Notes: generated by a model from the letters alone, not told the origin. Shown: positions 1 through 9,769, counted from the stretch's first letter. The stretch: 64,000 bases of DNA from Candidatus Tepidifontimicrobium thermophilum (GCA_031459915.1 JAVKHO010000010.1:1-64000); one strand, 5' to 3'. Program-made: numbers and translations.

Positions 1-1
1 G

Positions 2-403
2 GGGCAGGGCGTCCAGGGCCCTCTGCACGGGCCCGTCGAGCTGCTGCTCCAGGGCGGCCTCCGGGTCCGCCCAGCTTGCGGTGACCCGCATGTCGCCGGA
101 CAGGTCGTCCAGGGGCACGTACGACTGTCGGCGCTGGCGCCGCGTGCGGTCCACAAACGAGTTGTACAGGATCCGTAGCCACCACCGGTCAAACCGCGTG
201 CCCGGGCGGAAGCGGGAGAAGGCCCGGAAGGCCTCCTCCGCCGCCTCCTGCACCAGGTCCGCCGCCTCCTCGGGGTTCCCCGTCAGCCGGTAGGCGAAGC
301 GGTAGGCCGACCGCCAGTGGGCCTCCACGAGGCGGCTGAACTCGGCCTGAGCGTCCTCCGTCCCGGCAGCCTGCGAAGCCAGCGCGCCGGCCTCCGCTTC
401 CAT
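2..403 (-). CDS. ECF RNA polymerase sigma factor (3' end runs off window)
   Basis: Own translation from ATG at 403: ...FSRLVEAHWRSAYRFAYRLTGNPEEAADLVQEAAEEAFRAFSRFRPGTRFDRWWLRILYNSFVDRTRR...VQRALDALP; sigma-70 region 2 leading into region 4. Not in the ORF track because it is truncated. Confidence 0.88.
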   Translation of the reverse strand, partial: MEAEAGALASQAAGTEDAQAEFSRLVEAHWRSAYRFAYRLTGNPEEAADLVQEAAEEAFRAFSRFRPGTRFDRWWLRILYNSFVDRTRRQRRQSYVPLDDLSGDMRVTASWADPEAALEQQLDGPVQRALDALP

Positions 404-408
404 ACCGG

Positions 409-777
409 TTACTTGAGCACCGTCACGCGGGTGGCGGTGTACGCGGCCTGCTTACCTGAGCCGCGCCACGTCCCCACGACGCGCACCACCGAGCCGCGCT
501 TGAGCTCCGCAGCGCTTACGGGCTTGCCTCCCCGCAAGAACCGGACAGACGCCGGTTCGCCGACCCGGATCCGGGTACCGCGGGCCACAGGTCCCCGCAA
601 CACACGGTCCACAGACAGCTCGAACCAACCCTTCGAGACCTCCACGACCGTCCCCTGCACCTCGAAGGAAGTGCCCGTACCGGACGCAGACCGCTTGGTG
701 GACGTTGCAGCACCTGCGGAGAGCGCGCTGCCTGCCACCAGGAGCGTGGCCAGGCCTGCTGCCAACCAGCTTCTCAT
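409..777 (-). CDS. Secreted small beta-rich protein (DUF5666/OB-fold-like)
   Basis: GGAGGT RBS before ATG at 777; signal peptide MRSWLAAGLATLLVAGSALSAGA; 'VQGTVVEV...ELKRGSVVRVVG...TATRVTV' pattern. Confidence 0.6.
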   Translation of the reverse strand: MRSWLAAGLATLLVAGSALSAGAATSTKRSASGTGTSFEVQGTVVEVSKGWFELSVDRVLRGPVARGTRIRVGEPASVRFLRGGKPVSAAELKRGSVVRVVGTWRGSGKQAAYTATRVTVLK

Positions 778-938
778 CGCACCACCTCCGTCGGTCGGTT
801 TCAACCTGTTAGCGCAGGAAGGGTCTCGGGGGTTCCCAGCTCAGCCCCTGGCGGAAACCGGAAGACCCCGGTCCTCAGGAACTGTGGGAGGGCCTGGTGC
901 GCTTTAGACTTAGAAGGACTGGCGGAGGAGGTGAGCCC

Positions 939-1124
939 GTGGGGTTCGGCGGGATCGGAGCCTCGGAGCTCGTGGTCATCCTGGTGGTCGCCCTCCTGAT
1001 CTTCGGGCCCTCGCGCCTGGCGGACATCGGGTCTTCCCTGGGTAAGGCGGTCCGGGACTTCCGCAAGGCGATGCAGGAGGAGGACCACGAAGTCCGCGGG
1101 AGCGTGCCCGGACAGGGTCGGTAG
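939..1124 (+). CDS. tatA: Twin-arginine translocase TatA/TatE subunit
   Basis: ELVVILVVALLIFGPSRLADIGSSLGKAVRDFRKA; GGAGGAGG RBS. Confidence 0.92.
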   Translation: MGFGGIGASELVVILVVALLIFGPSRLADIGSSLGKAVRDFRKAMQEEDHEVRGSVPGQGR

Positions 1125-1160
1125 GCGGGGCTGTGGAAGGTGGTGGGGGCCGGCAGGCCC

Positions 1161-2441
1161 CTAGGGGTGCAGGAGGTCCGTGACGGTGCCCACGTGGTAG
1201 TTCAGCCTGCGCAGCGTGCGGACCAGCTCAGGGAGTACCTGCAGCGTGGCCGGGACGCCTTGGTGCAGCAGGACCACGCCTCCGCCGAACACCCGGGAAA
1301 GCACCCGCGTGCGCAGTCGGTCAGGGTCCTTGATCCGGTAGTCGGCGGGGTCGTCCGTCCACAGGACGACCACGAGCCCTGACGTAGAGGCCGCCCGCAG
1401 CAGGTGACGGTTGAAGCCGCCCCCGGGCGGACGCAGGTACCGGGGCCGGACTCCCGTGGCCGCTTCGAGGGTACCCTGGGCGCGTTGCAGCTCCCCTTCC
1501 AGCTCGCCGGCTTGCAGGCGGGCGAGGGGCACATGTCGGTATCCGTGGTTGCCGACCTCGTGGCCGTCCTCCACGATGGCTCGGGCGAAGTAGGGGTACT
1601 GTTCGACCCGCTGGCCCACGAGAAAGAACGTGGCGTGGACTCCCAGGCGGCGCAGGGTGTCCAGGAGCAGGGGCGTGTACAGAGGGTGCGGGCCGTCGTC
1701 GAACGTCAAGGCCACGGACCTGCTTGGAGGCCGCGCCCGGGACACCGTGCCGTCCACCACCCCTCCCACCAGCATCCCCAGCAGGCGAATGCGGAGCGGG
1801 TCGATACGGTCCCAGGCGGCCTGCAACCCGCCGGCCGCGGTCCTGCGGGAGCCAACTTCCGTGGATGCCCGGGCGGACCTGACGGCCGGGGCCACGTGGG
1901 GGAAGGAGGGGTGCACCCACGTGCGTGGCAGTCTGCGGGCCAGCTCCGCGGGCGTGAGCGGGGAAAGCGAGCGCACCTCTGCCCGTGAGGCGGCCGCGGT
2001 GAAGCCCACGTCCCAGCGGTTACCGTCGGAGGGGCCGGGGCGCTGTTCGAGGGCGGTGACGTCCAGCTCATCCAGCACCGGGACGTCTGCGAACGTCCGG
2101 CGAAGGAGGGTGCCCACGGCGGTCTGCAGGGCCTGCAAGGGGTCTGGCTCGGAGGGCCTGTAGGTCAGCGTGACCGCGGCCACCGTGATGAACCCGTTGG
2201 TGTCGGCCGCGATGCGTACTGTGCGCTCCTCCAGGCCCGCCCGTCGGACTGACCCCAGGATGGCCTCCTCGGTGTGGGGCAGCCTCCCCGCGAGCCGCAC
2301 CCCAGGCTTCCCGCCTGCCGATGCCTCCAGGCTGGGCACGTGCAGGGTGCACAGGAGGAACCCCAGCGGGGCCGCGAACGCTATCCACCGGAGCGCCGTA
2401 GTCTGCCTGCAGGGCCTCGGGGTGTCCGGACGGGTGGGCAT
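1161..2441 (-). CDS. Exported polysaccharide deacetylase (NodB/CE4) with extra N-terminal domain
   Basis: ALTFDDGP, ATFFLVG, HEVGNHGYRH, LRPPGG, VLLH motifs; N-terminal hydrophobic segment. Confidence 0.9.
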   Translation of the reverse strand: MPTRPDTPRPCRQTTALRWIAFAAPLGFLLCTLHVPSLEASAGGKPGVRLAGRLPHTEEAILGSVRRAGLEERTVRIAADTNGFITVAAVTLTYRPSEPDPLQALQTAVGTLLRRTFADVPVLDELDVTALEQRPGPSDGNRWDVGFTAAASRAEVRSLSPLTPAELARRLPRTWVHPSFPHVAPAVRSARASTEVGSRRTAAGGLQAAWDRIDPLRIRLLGMLVGGVVDGTVSRARPPSRSVALTFDDGPHPLYTPLLLDTLRRLGVHATFFLVGQRVEQYPYFARAIVEDGHEVGNHGYRHVPLARLQAGELEGELQRAQGTLEAATGVRPRYLRPPGGGFNRHLLRAASTSGLVVVLWTDDPADYRIKDPDRLRTRVLSRVFGGGVVLLHQGVPATLQVLPELVRTLRRLNYHVGTVTDLLHP

Positions 2442-2599
2442 CCCGTGGATCTTCTCCTTGGTTGGGGCCCCGGGCTACCGATGCTCCAAAGCGCCCGGAG
2501 GACCGCCGCTGGGCGGCTGGCCGAGGCCGGCGGTGTCGTCCCGGAGCGTTTCTAATACTGTAGCGCAAGCGGCCGACAACCGGCCGGAGGTGCCTGCAG

Positions 2600-3625
2600 A
2601 TGGCATCCGAGGCGCTGGCGCGTGAGGCTCGGTGGGCCGTGCGGCTGGCTTCGCTGGCCTTGCTGCTGTGGCTGGCGTCTCGTCTGCGGACAAGCCTGCT
2701 GACCCTGGTCCTGTCCTCAGTGCTGGCGGTGCTGCTCTCCCCGCTGGCGGACTGGGTCTCCCGGAAGGCGGGGGGCCGCCGAGGGGTGGGCGCCTCCGTG
2801 GCGGTAGGGGCCTGCCTGGCAGCCGTGGCGGTGGCTGCACGCCTGCTGGCCGGACCTCTGGGACGGGAGGTCGCCCGCCTGGCGGCCCTGGCTCCCGTGT
2901 ACGCACGCTTGGCGGCGCAACACTTGGCCGAGCTGGAAGCCCGCGGCGGGCCCTTCGGTCAGGACCTGGGCCTGACGCGGCTCGTGACCTCCGCGGCGGT
3001 CGCTGCCGTGGAGCGGGTGGTGGGCGGGTCCGTGGCGGTGGGCAGCCACGCGTACGTGGTGGTGCTGGTGCCGGTGCTCGCCTTCTTCCTGCTCAAGGAC
3101 GGGCCGCAACTGGGTCGTGCGGTCGAGGTGTGGCTCCCGCTTCCCTGGCGAGGCGCCGCGGCCCAAGCTGTGCGGGGAATGGTTTGGGCCGTGCACCGCT
3201 ACCTGGTGGGTCTCCTGTGGATCGCGGCGTTTACCTGGCTGGTGCTGTGGGTCGGGTTGTGGCGGCTGGCCATGCCGAACCCCCTGGGCTGGTCGGCGCT
3301 GGTGGCGGCTGCGGAGACGGTCCCCTACCTCGGCCCGCTGTTCGCCCTGGTGACCCTGGGGACCACGGCGTTCGCGCGAGGGGTCCACACCGGCGTGGCG
3401 GTGGTCCTCTTGCTGTTGGCGGTGCGCGGGGCCGTGGACGCCGTGGTGGCTCCCTTGGTCTTCCGGAACCTGCTGCGGCTGCACCCGGTGGTGGTGGTCG
3501 GCAGTGTGCTGGTCGGTGCGGAGCTCTTCGGGGTCCTCGGGGCGTTCCTGGCAGCCCCCACGGCCACCGCGGTGGCAACCCTCCTCCGGTCGCTAGGCGG
3601 AACCCACGCCACCACGGCAGCGTAA
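2600..3625 (+). CDS. AI-2E family transporter (PerM-like)
   Basis: Multi-TM protein; 'FFLLKDG', 'VPYLGP', 'LHPVVV...GAELFGVLGAFLAAP'. Confidence 0.88.
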   Translation: MASEALAREARWAVRLASLALLLWLASRLRTSLLTLVLSSVLAVLLSPLADWVSRKAGGRRGVGASVAVGACLAAVAVAARLLAGPLGREVARLAALAPVYARLAAQHLAELEARGGPFGQDLGLTRLVTSAAVAAVERVVGGSVAVGSHAYVVVLVPVLAFFLLKDGPQLGRAVEVWLPLPWRGAAAQAVRGMVWAVHRYLVGLLWIAAFTWLVLWVGLWRLAMPNPLGWSALVAAAETVPYLGPLFALVTLGTTAFARGVHTGVAVVLLLLAVRGAVDAVVAPLVFRNLLRLHPVVVVGSVLVGAELFGVLGAFLAAPTATAVATLLRSLGGTHATTAA

Positions 3626-3795
3626 CTTGCCGCGTCAGGGGGGCCGCAGGCTCGCGGTCGGCGGCGATCCCCGCAGGAGTGTCCCGCCAGGCGTGTGACC
3701 TCCTTGTAGGTTGCTGGCGGAACAGACGGGGGCTACGCTGGCGGCGTAGTGTGGTGACCGTGGTCCTGGCGAATGGGCACGGAGGGGTGACTCAC

Positions 3796-4389
3796 GTGGG
3801 CGGCGTGGTGGTGCTGGACGTGGAGACCCGCGACTGGGGTGAGCCCCGGGGGGAGTGGAGGGCGCCAAGACTTGCGGTGGCGGTGGCTTTCCACGCGGCG
3901 TCGGCCACGTACCGGACGTACTTCGAGCAGGACGCGGAGCGGCTGGTAGCCGACCTTCAGCAGGCGGAGCTGGTGGTGGGGTTCGCGGTGCAGTCCTTCG
4001 ACTACGTGGTCCTGGAGCGGTACGGAGGCCCGTCGGTGCACGAGCTACCCACCCTGGACATCCTGGAGGAGGTGCGCAAGAGCCTGCGCCGCCGGGTGGG
4101 GCTGCACCACCTGGCGCTGGCCACCCTGGGCCGGGGGAAGTCCGCGGACGGCTGGCAGGCACTGCGCTGGTGGCGGCGGGGCTGGGTGGACCGTGTGGTG
4201 GAGTACTGCCGGCGGGACGTGGAGCTCACGTGGGAGCTGTACCGGTTCGGGTGCGAGAACGGCTACCTCCGGTACCGGGACACTCAGGGCCGCCTGAGGG
4301 AAGTTCCGGTTTCGTGGGCAGGGCCCGGGATCGACGCAGGCATGCCGGGGAAAGCGTCAGGAGGCCCCTGGCTCGGTTCACGGGCGTGA
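3796..4389 (+). CDS. RNase H-like (RNase_H_2/YprB-like) 3'-5' exonuclease domain protein
   Basis: LDVET, VVGF...FDY, TLDIL, ATLGRGKSADG, YCRRDV motifs; RBS GGAGGGG at 3781. True start lies inside the long track ORF. Confidence 0.8.
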   Translation: MGGVVVLDVETRDWGEPRGEWRAPRLAVAVAFHAASATYRTYFEQDAERLVADLQQAELVVGFAVQSFDYVVLERYGGPSVHELPTLDILEEVRKSLRRRVGLHHLALATLGRGKSADGWQALRWWRRGWVDRVVEYCRRDVELTWELYRFGCENGYLRYRDTQGRLREVPVSWAGPGIDAGMPGKASGGPWLGSRA

Positions 4390-4394
4390 AGACC

Positions 4395-5063
4395 ATGTCA
4401 GGGAAGTCGGCGGAGCTCTTCGACCGTCTTGCGGAGCGCTATGACGCCTGGTACGACCGGCCTCCCGGGAGCACCATCTTCCCCCTGGAGGTCGGCTGCC
4501 TGCAGTCGCTCCTGGATGGCCTCCCGAGGCCCTGGCTCGAGGTGGGCGTGGGCACCGGCCGGTTCGCCTCCGCGCTGGGGGTGGAGTTCGGAGTGGATCC
4601 AGCGACGCGGCCCTTGCTGGCTGCCCGGAGGCGGGGCGTCAGGGTCGTCCGCGCAAAAGGCGAGCAGCTGCCATTCCGGGACCGGAGTTTCGGCGCCGTT
4701 TTGCTGGTGGTGACCCTGTGTTTCGTGGAGGACCCCCTCGCCGTCCTTCAGGAGTCACGCCGGGTCCTGTGCCCGGGCGGGGCGGTGGTCACGGGGATGG
4801 TGTTCGCGGATTCCCCGTGGGGACAGCACTACCTCCGCGAGGCCGAGGACGGACACCCCTTCTACAGTGCGGCCCGCTTCCTCACCCGCGAGGAGTTCCG
4901 CGCCTTGCTCGTCCGTGCAGGCCTTGTCCCGGTCCGGTTCTCTTCCACCCTCCGCCAGGCTCCCGGAGAGGCGGTGGCGGCAGAGCCTGTCTGGCCGGAG
5001 GACCACCCCGACGCGGGCTTCTCCGCCTGGCTGGCCGTGAGCCGGACCGACTCCGGCGGGTGA
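4395..5063 (+). CDS. Class I SAM-dependent methyltransferase (Methyltransf_11)
   Basis: FDRLAERYDAWY, LEVGVGTGRFA, EQLPFRDRSF, TLCFVEDP. Confidence 0.9.
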   Translation: MSGKSAELFDRLAERYDAWYDRPPGSTIFPLEVGCLQSLLDGLPRPWLEVGVGTGRFASALGVEFGVDPATRPLLAARRRGVRVVRAKGEQLPFRDRSFGAVLLVVTLCFVEDPLAVLQESRRVLCPGGAVVTGMVFADSPWGQHYLREAEDGHPFYSAARFLTREEFRALLVRAGLVPVRFSSTLRQAPGEAVAAEPVWPEDHPDAGFSAWLAVSRTDSGG

Positions 5064-5244
5064 CGGGCCCGTGGGAGAGAGCCGGCTCAGGCGGAGGGGG
5101 AACACGGCAAACGCCGGGGAGGTGCCCCCGCCAGGGCAGACCACCGGGCCGTGGGGTGCGGTTGTTCCGATGTGGTCCGAGGTAGAATAACCCCCGCGCG
5201 CCGCAGGGGCGGCGACCGCGTGCGGTTTTACGCCAGGGGAACGG

Positions 5245-5609
5245 GAGGGCTTTAGGGAGTTCGTTCGCCGGGTCGAGTCGGACCGCGTGGAGCGGCTGGT
5301 CCACGAGCAGCCGGAGGTCTTTGACGCGTCCTGCCCTACGCGCTGGTCTTCGGCGTCGCGGACGAGTGGGCCCAGAAGTTCCAGGGCCTCCTCCGCAAGC
5401 CGCCGGAGTGGTACCAGTCGCCTGCCTGGAGGCCCGACACGTTCCGGCCCCGGGTCTTCCTGGACCGCTTGAGCCACGCCGTGTCCTCGATGAACTCGGT
5501 GCTGCCGTCCACGCCCTCGCGGAGTTCGGGTTTCGGAGCTGGCCGCAGCGGATTCGGCCGGGGCTTGTCGGGGCGTGGAGGGGGCGGCGGCGGGGGCGGC
5601 TCGCGGTAG
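5245..5609 (+). pseudogene. Remnant of a DUF2207-family membrane protein (C-terminal part only, frameshifted)
   Basis: One frame reads EGFREFVRRVESDRVERLVHEQPEVFD. After a frameshift at ~5326 it continues VLPYALVFGVADEWAQKF...PEWY...GLSGRGGGGGGGGSR*, a typical DUF2207 tail. No N-terminal part upstream. Confidence 0.7.
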
Positions 5610-5628
5610 GACTCCCGCGGGGGCCCCC

Positions 5629-6360
5629 TCACGCCTGCCGCAGCCGGGCCAGCACACAGGCCAGGGCCAGCAGGGGTAGCGCCCACGACAGGGCCCGCAG
5701 GGCGGCCTCCAGGGGGTCCCGCAGGCTCCGGGCGGTGAGCGGTTCGGTGCGGCCGTCGGTGTAGCGGAGCTCGCCACAGACCGACTCGACCCGGCGCCGG
5801 AGGTCGCGCGCCGGGCGGCTCAGGTGCCGCTGCGCGCGGCTGGTGAAGTACGCGGCCAGCACCAATGCCAGCCCCGCGGGCTCCACCCGGAGGCTCTGGG
5901 ACCACTGGCCCACGAAGGCCGGGAACGCGCCCCACGCCACAGCGAACCACCGGTCCGTGTGGAAGCCGCCACCCCACCACTCCAGGTTGTACGCCAGGAC
6001 CAGGAACACGCCCAAAGCGGCCACCGCCAGCACCCACGGCGTCGTGGCTAGCGCTGCGTGGACTGCCACCGCTGCGGCTGCGGCCAGCGAGCCCGCAGCC
6101 AGCACCAGCAGGACCCGGTCGGGGATCGCGGTGCGCAGGGGCCGGCCCCGGTACTCGTCCAGGGCGTGGGCGGCCACCCCGAGCCCCAGCCCGAAGGCCA
6201 CCAGCGCCTGCACCAGACGGTCGGGGTGGAACTCGGAGCTGACGCTGGCTCCCAGCGCCACGTAGCTGAGGTGCCAGGCGGTGTACGGCAGGTGCAAGAG
6301 CGTCACGTAGTCCCGCCAGCCCCCTCCGGGAAGGGCGTAGAAGGTCGGTGGCTGCCTCAC
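5629..6360 (-). CDS. Integral membrane protein, UbiA prenyltransferase-like
   Basis: GTG start overlaps upstream TGA; TM helices; 'AAHALDEYRGRPL', 'VLAYNLE...FHTD'. Confidence 0.55.
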   Translation of the reverse strand: MRQPPTFYALPGGGWRDYVTLLHLPYTAWHLSYVALGASVSSEFHPDRLVQALVAFGLGLGVAAHALDEYRGRPLRTAIPDRVLLVLAAGSLAAAAAVAVHAALATTPWVLAVAALGVFLVLAYNLEWWGGGFHTDRWFAVAWGAFPAFVGQWSQSLRVEPAGLALVLAAYFTSRAQRHLSRPARDLRRRVESVCGELRYTDGRTEPLTARSLRDPLEAALRALSWALPLLALACVLARLRQA

Positions 6361-7055
6361 CGTTTCCGCCCCCACACGACCTCCGCGGCCCCCAAGCTGA
6401 GCCGGCGGCGGCGCACCTCCACAAACCCTGCTGCTTCCCACCAGGCTCGCACCTCCGGAAAAGGGTGGGCGCGGCAGAAGGCCTCGATGCTGGGGCCCAG
6501 GAAGCGGCCCACCCGGTGCCAGCCGTCTGAGACCAGCCGGCCTCCTGCGGGCAGAACCACCCGCGTGTGCACGGACCACCACCACCGCCAGGGCGGGTCC
6601 GGCAGGCCGAACTCCAGGGAAGCCATCCAGCCGCCCCGGCGGACTACGCGGGCCAGCTCGGCCAGTACCTGGGACGGGTGCTGCACGTAACGGAGGAGGA
6701 AGGTGAAGGTGAGCGCGTCGAACGCGCCGTCCGAAAACGGAAGCTGTTCTGCCGCTCCTCGAACCAAAAACACCCGGCCGTGGAGGCGCAGCATCCGGAC
6801 CTTCCGGGTGGCCTCCCGCAGCATGGCCTCCGTGAGGTCCAGTCCCACCACCCGGTGGCCGCGGCGGGCCAGCAGCACCGCCACGCTGGCGGTGCCCGTG
6901 GCCACGTCCAGGACGCAACGCGCCTCCGGCGGGATCCGGGAGACCAGGAAACGCTGCCACCGGGGGTACTGGCCGTAACTCAGCCACCCGGCCACCCGGT
7001 CGTACCGGTAGGCCGCGTCGGAGAACACGGACTGCGCAAACTCCCGCACCCACAC
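6357..7055 (-). CDS. UbiE/MenG-like SAM methyltransferase
   Basis: RYDRVAGWLSYGQ, VLDVATGTA, LDLTEAML, LPFSDGAFD, LLRYV, ELARVVRRGG, LEF. Confidence 0.85.
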   Translation of the reverse strand: MWVREFAQSVFSDAAYRYDRVAGWLSYGQYPRWQRFLVSRIPPEARCVLDVATGTASVAVLLARRGHRVVGLDLTEAMLREATRKVRMLRLHGRVFLVRGAAEQLPFSDGAFDALTFTFLLRYVQHPSQVLAELARVVRRGGWMASLEFGLPDPPWRWWWSVHTRVVLPAGGRLVSDGWHRVGRFLGPSIEAFCRAHPFPEVRAWWEAAGFVEVRRRRLSLGAAEVVWGRKR

Positions 7056-7096
7056 CCAGGTTGGCGCGCGTGTTTATCGGCCGGGTCACGTACGTC

Positions 7097-7193
7097 AATG
7101 CCGAACATAGCTGCCGGCCGCCACTTCCGGTTTCCTTAAGCTTCCTGGTACGCTGTGCTGGGAGCGACGGATCATCCGTAAATTGCGAACTCT
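7097..7193 (+). promoter_or_regulatory. Two PurBox-like CGAAC elements upstream of purD
   Basis: AATGCCGAACATAG (7097-7110) and AATTGCGAACTCT (7181-7193) resemble Bacillus/Lactococcus PurR boxes. Confidence 0.3.
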
Positions 7194-7205
7194 GTTGGAG
7201 GTCCT

Positions 7206-8486
7206 GTGAGGCTCCTGGTCGTGGGGTCGGGCGGCCGGGAACACGCCTTGGTGTGGGCCCTGAGCCGCAGCCCCTTGGTCCAGGCGGTGTACTGCGCCCC
7301 GGGTAACCCGGGCATGCGGCAGGCCTGCCGTGTACCGGTCAGCTCCTCCGACGTCCCCGGTCTGGTGGCAGCCGCTCGCGACCTGCGTCCAGATCTCGTA
7401 GTGGTGGGTCCGGAGGACCCCCTCGCGAGAGGCCTGGTGGACGCCCTGCAGGCCGAGGGGTTCCGGGTTTTCGGCCCCACCAGGGCCGCGGCGCGGGTCG
7501 AGTGGTCGAAGGTGTACGCGAAGGAGCTGCTGTCGCGCGCAGGGGTCCCGCAGCCCGAGCACCGCTCCTTCGACTCCCCTGAGGAGGCCGTGAGGTGGGT
7601 GCGCTCCCTGGGCGGCCGCTGCGTGGTCAAGGCGGACGGGCTGGCCGCTGGAAAAGGCGCCCTCGTCTGCGCGGACCCGCAGGAGGCGGAGGACGCGGTG
7701 CGTTCGTTGATGGTGGAAGGCAGGTTCGGGCAGGCAGGGCGCCGGGTGGTGGTGGAGGAGTACCTGGAGGGCGAGGAGGCCTCTGCCCTGGCCTTCGTGG
7801 ACGGTGAGTGCGTGGTCCCCATGGTCCTGGCACAGGACCACAAGCGGCTGCTGGACGGCGACCGGGGCCCCAACACGGGCGGCATGGGCGCCGTGGCGCC
7901 GCTTTCGCACCTTCCGGCTTCTCTTGTAGAGCGGGTGCACCGTGAGGTCCTGGAGCCGGCCGCGGAAGCCCTGTGCCGGGACGGAGCCCCGTTCCGCGGG
8001 GTGCTGTACGCGGGGCTGATGCTGACCCGCGAAGGCCCGAAGGTCCTGGAGTTCAACGCGCGGTTCGGCGACCCGGAGGCCCAGGTGCTGCTGCCGCTGC
8101 TGGAGTCTGACCTCGCGGAGGTGCTGGTGGCCGCGTGCGAAGGTCGCCTGAGTGAGGTGCGGCTGCGGTGGAAGCCGAAAGCCGCGGTGTGCGTGGTGGC
8201 CGCCGCGCAGGGCTACCCTGATTCCCCTGTGAAGGGCCAGACGATCCACGGACTGGACGGACCGCTTCCCCGGAACACCCTGGTCTTCTGCGCGGGGGTA
8301 GACGAGCAGGACGGCAGGCTGGTGACCGCGGGCGGACGGGTGCTGAACGCGGTGGGTCTGGGGCCGGACGTGCGTGCCGCCCGGGAGGCGGCCTACCGTG
8401 TGCTGGGGCAGGTGGGCTTCGAGGGCATGCACTACCGGAAGGACATCGGGCTGCGGGCAGGACAGGCCGCGGGAGTGGAGCGCTGA
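7206..8486 (+). CDS. purD: Phosphoribosylamine--glycine ligase
   Basis: GSGGREHA, VVKADGLAAGKG, QDHKRL, GPNTGGMG, EFNARFGDPE. Confidence 0.97.
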   Translation: MRLLVVGSGGREHALVWALSRSPLVQAVYCAPGNPGMRQACRVPVSSSDVPGLVAAARDLRPDLVVVGPEDPLARGLVDALQAEGFRVFGPTRAAARVEWSKVYAKELLSRAGVPQPEHRSFDSPEEAVRWVRSLGGRCVVKADGLAAGKGALVCADPQEAEDAVRSLMVEGRFGQAGRRVVVEEYLEGEEASALAFVDGECVVPMVLAQDHKRLLDGDRGPNTGGMGAVAPLSHLPASLVERVHREVLEPAAEALCRDGAPFRGVLYAGLMLTREGPKVLEFNARFGDPEAQVLLPLLESDLAEVLVAACEGRLSEVRLRWKPKAAVCVVAAAQGYPDSPVKGQTIHGLDGPLPRNTLVFCAGVDEQDGRLVTAGGRVLNAVGLGPDVRAAREAAYRVLGQVGFEGMHYRKDIGLRAGQAAGVER

Positions 8487-9769
8487 TGCCGGTCACCGCG
8501 GTCGTGGGCCTGCACTGGGGCGACGAGGGCAAGGGGAAGGTCATCGACGCCCTCAGCCAGCACGCCCGGCTGGTGGTGCGTTTTAACGGCGGCGCCAACG
8601 CGGGCCACACCATCGTCAACGAGTGGGGCACCTTCCGGCTGCACCTGGTCCCCTCCGGCATCTTCCACCCAGGCTGCCGCAACCTCATCGGCCCCGGCTG
8701 CGTGGTCAACCCCGACCTGCTGCTGGACGAGATCGACGACCTGGTCCGGCGGGGCCTCGCCCGGGGTGAACTCCTGCTGTCGGACCGGGCCCACCTCACC
8801 CTGCCGCACCACGTGCAGCTGGACGTGCTGGAAGAGGAGGCACGGGGAGCAGGAGCCCACGGCACCACCCGCCAGGGGATCTGGCCTTCGTACACGGACA
8901 AGGTGGCGCGGGTGGGGCTCCGGGTAGCGGACCTGTACCACCCGGAGATGCTGGCTTCGCAACTGGAGGCGTCGCTGCGCCGGCACAACGCGTACCTGGA
9001 CCGGGTGCACGGACAGCCCGTCCTGGACCCCGCGGCGGTGCGTCGGGCCTGCCAGGCGTGGGCAGAGCGCCTGCGGCCCTACGTGACGGACGGGTTCGAG
9101 GTGGTCCAGCAGGCCCTCGAGCAGGACGAACCGGTGCTGCTGGAGGGGCACCTGGGCACCATGCGGGACGTGGACTGGGGCATCTACCCGTACGTGACGT
9201 CCTCCACCACCCTGGCAGGCGGCGCGTGCTCGGGCGCCGGGATTCCGCCCCACCGCATCACCCGGGTGGTGGGCGTGGTGAAGTCCTACACCACCGCGGT
9301 GGGCTCCGGCCCCATGCCCACGGAGGACCCAGGCCCGGACGGCGCCCGGCTGCGGGAGCTCGGGCAGGAGTACGGCGCCACCACCGGCCGGCCGCGGCGG
9401 TGCGGCTGGTTCGACGGGGTGGCCGCGCGGTTCGCCTCGCGCCTGAATGGGTGCACGGAGATCGCCCTCATGAAGCTGGACGTGCTGGACCACTTCGACC
9501 CCGTGCGGGTGTGCGTGGCCTACGAGTACCGGGGCCAGCGGCTGACCACGGTGCCGCCCACGCCGGTGCTGGAGCGCGTCCGGCCGGTGTACGAGGAGCT
9601 GCCGGGCTGGAACAGCTCCACCCACGGGGCGACCCGGTACGGGGACCTCCCTCCCCAGGCGCGGCGGTTCGTGGAGCGGGTGCAGGAGCTGTGCGGGGCA
9701 CCCGTGACCATGATCGGGACCGGGCCGCGCCGGGAACACACCGTATACACCCCGGGAGGCGTCCTGTGA
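8486..9769 (+). CDS. purA: Adenylosuccinate synthetase (divergent EGxLG type)
   Basis: WGDEGKGK, GGANAGHT, YPYVTSS, GATTGRPRRCGWFD. Confidence 0.95.
   Translation: MPVTAVVGLHWGDEGKGKVIDALSQHARLVVRFNGGANAGHTIVNEWGTFRLHLVPSGIFHPGCRNLIGPGCVVNPDLLLDEIDDLVRRGLARGELLLSDRAHLTLPHHVQLDVLEEEARGAGAHGTTRQGIWPSYTDKVARVGLRVADLYHPEMLASQLEASLRRHNAYLDRVHGQPVLDPAAVRRACQAWAERLRPYVTDGFEVVQQALEQDEPVLLEGHLGTMRDVDWGIYPYVTSSTTLAGGACSGAGIPPHRITRVVGVVKSYTTAVGSGPMPTEDPGPDGARLRELGQEYGATTGRPRRCGWFDGVAARFASRLNGCTEIALMKLDVLDHFDPVRVCVAYEYRGQRLTTVPPTPVLERVRPVYEELPGWNSSTHGATRYGDLPPQARRFVERVQELCGAPVTMIGTGPRREHTVYTPGGVL

Noticed and set aside
3697..3707. Strong SD-like AAGGAGGT on the minus strand in an intergenic region
   Set aside because: No canonical start codon or credible ORF downstream.
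5064..5245. GGCAAAC-containing intergenic stretch as a c-di-GMP-I riboswitch
   Set aside because: Lacks the GNRA tetraloop/receptor and the GACGCAAA second element.
8486..9769. Possible PurZ (2-aminoadenine synthesis)
   Set aside because: Retains GDEGKG with the catalytic Asp and sits in a core pur operon; no phage context.
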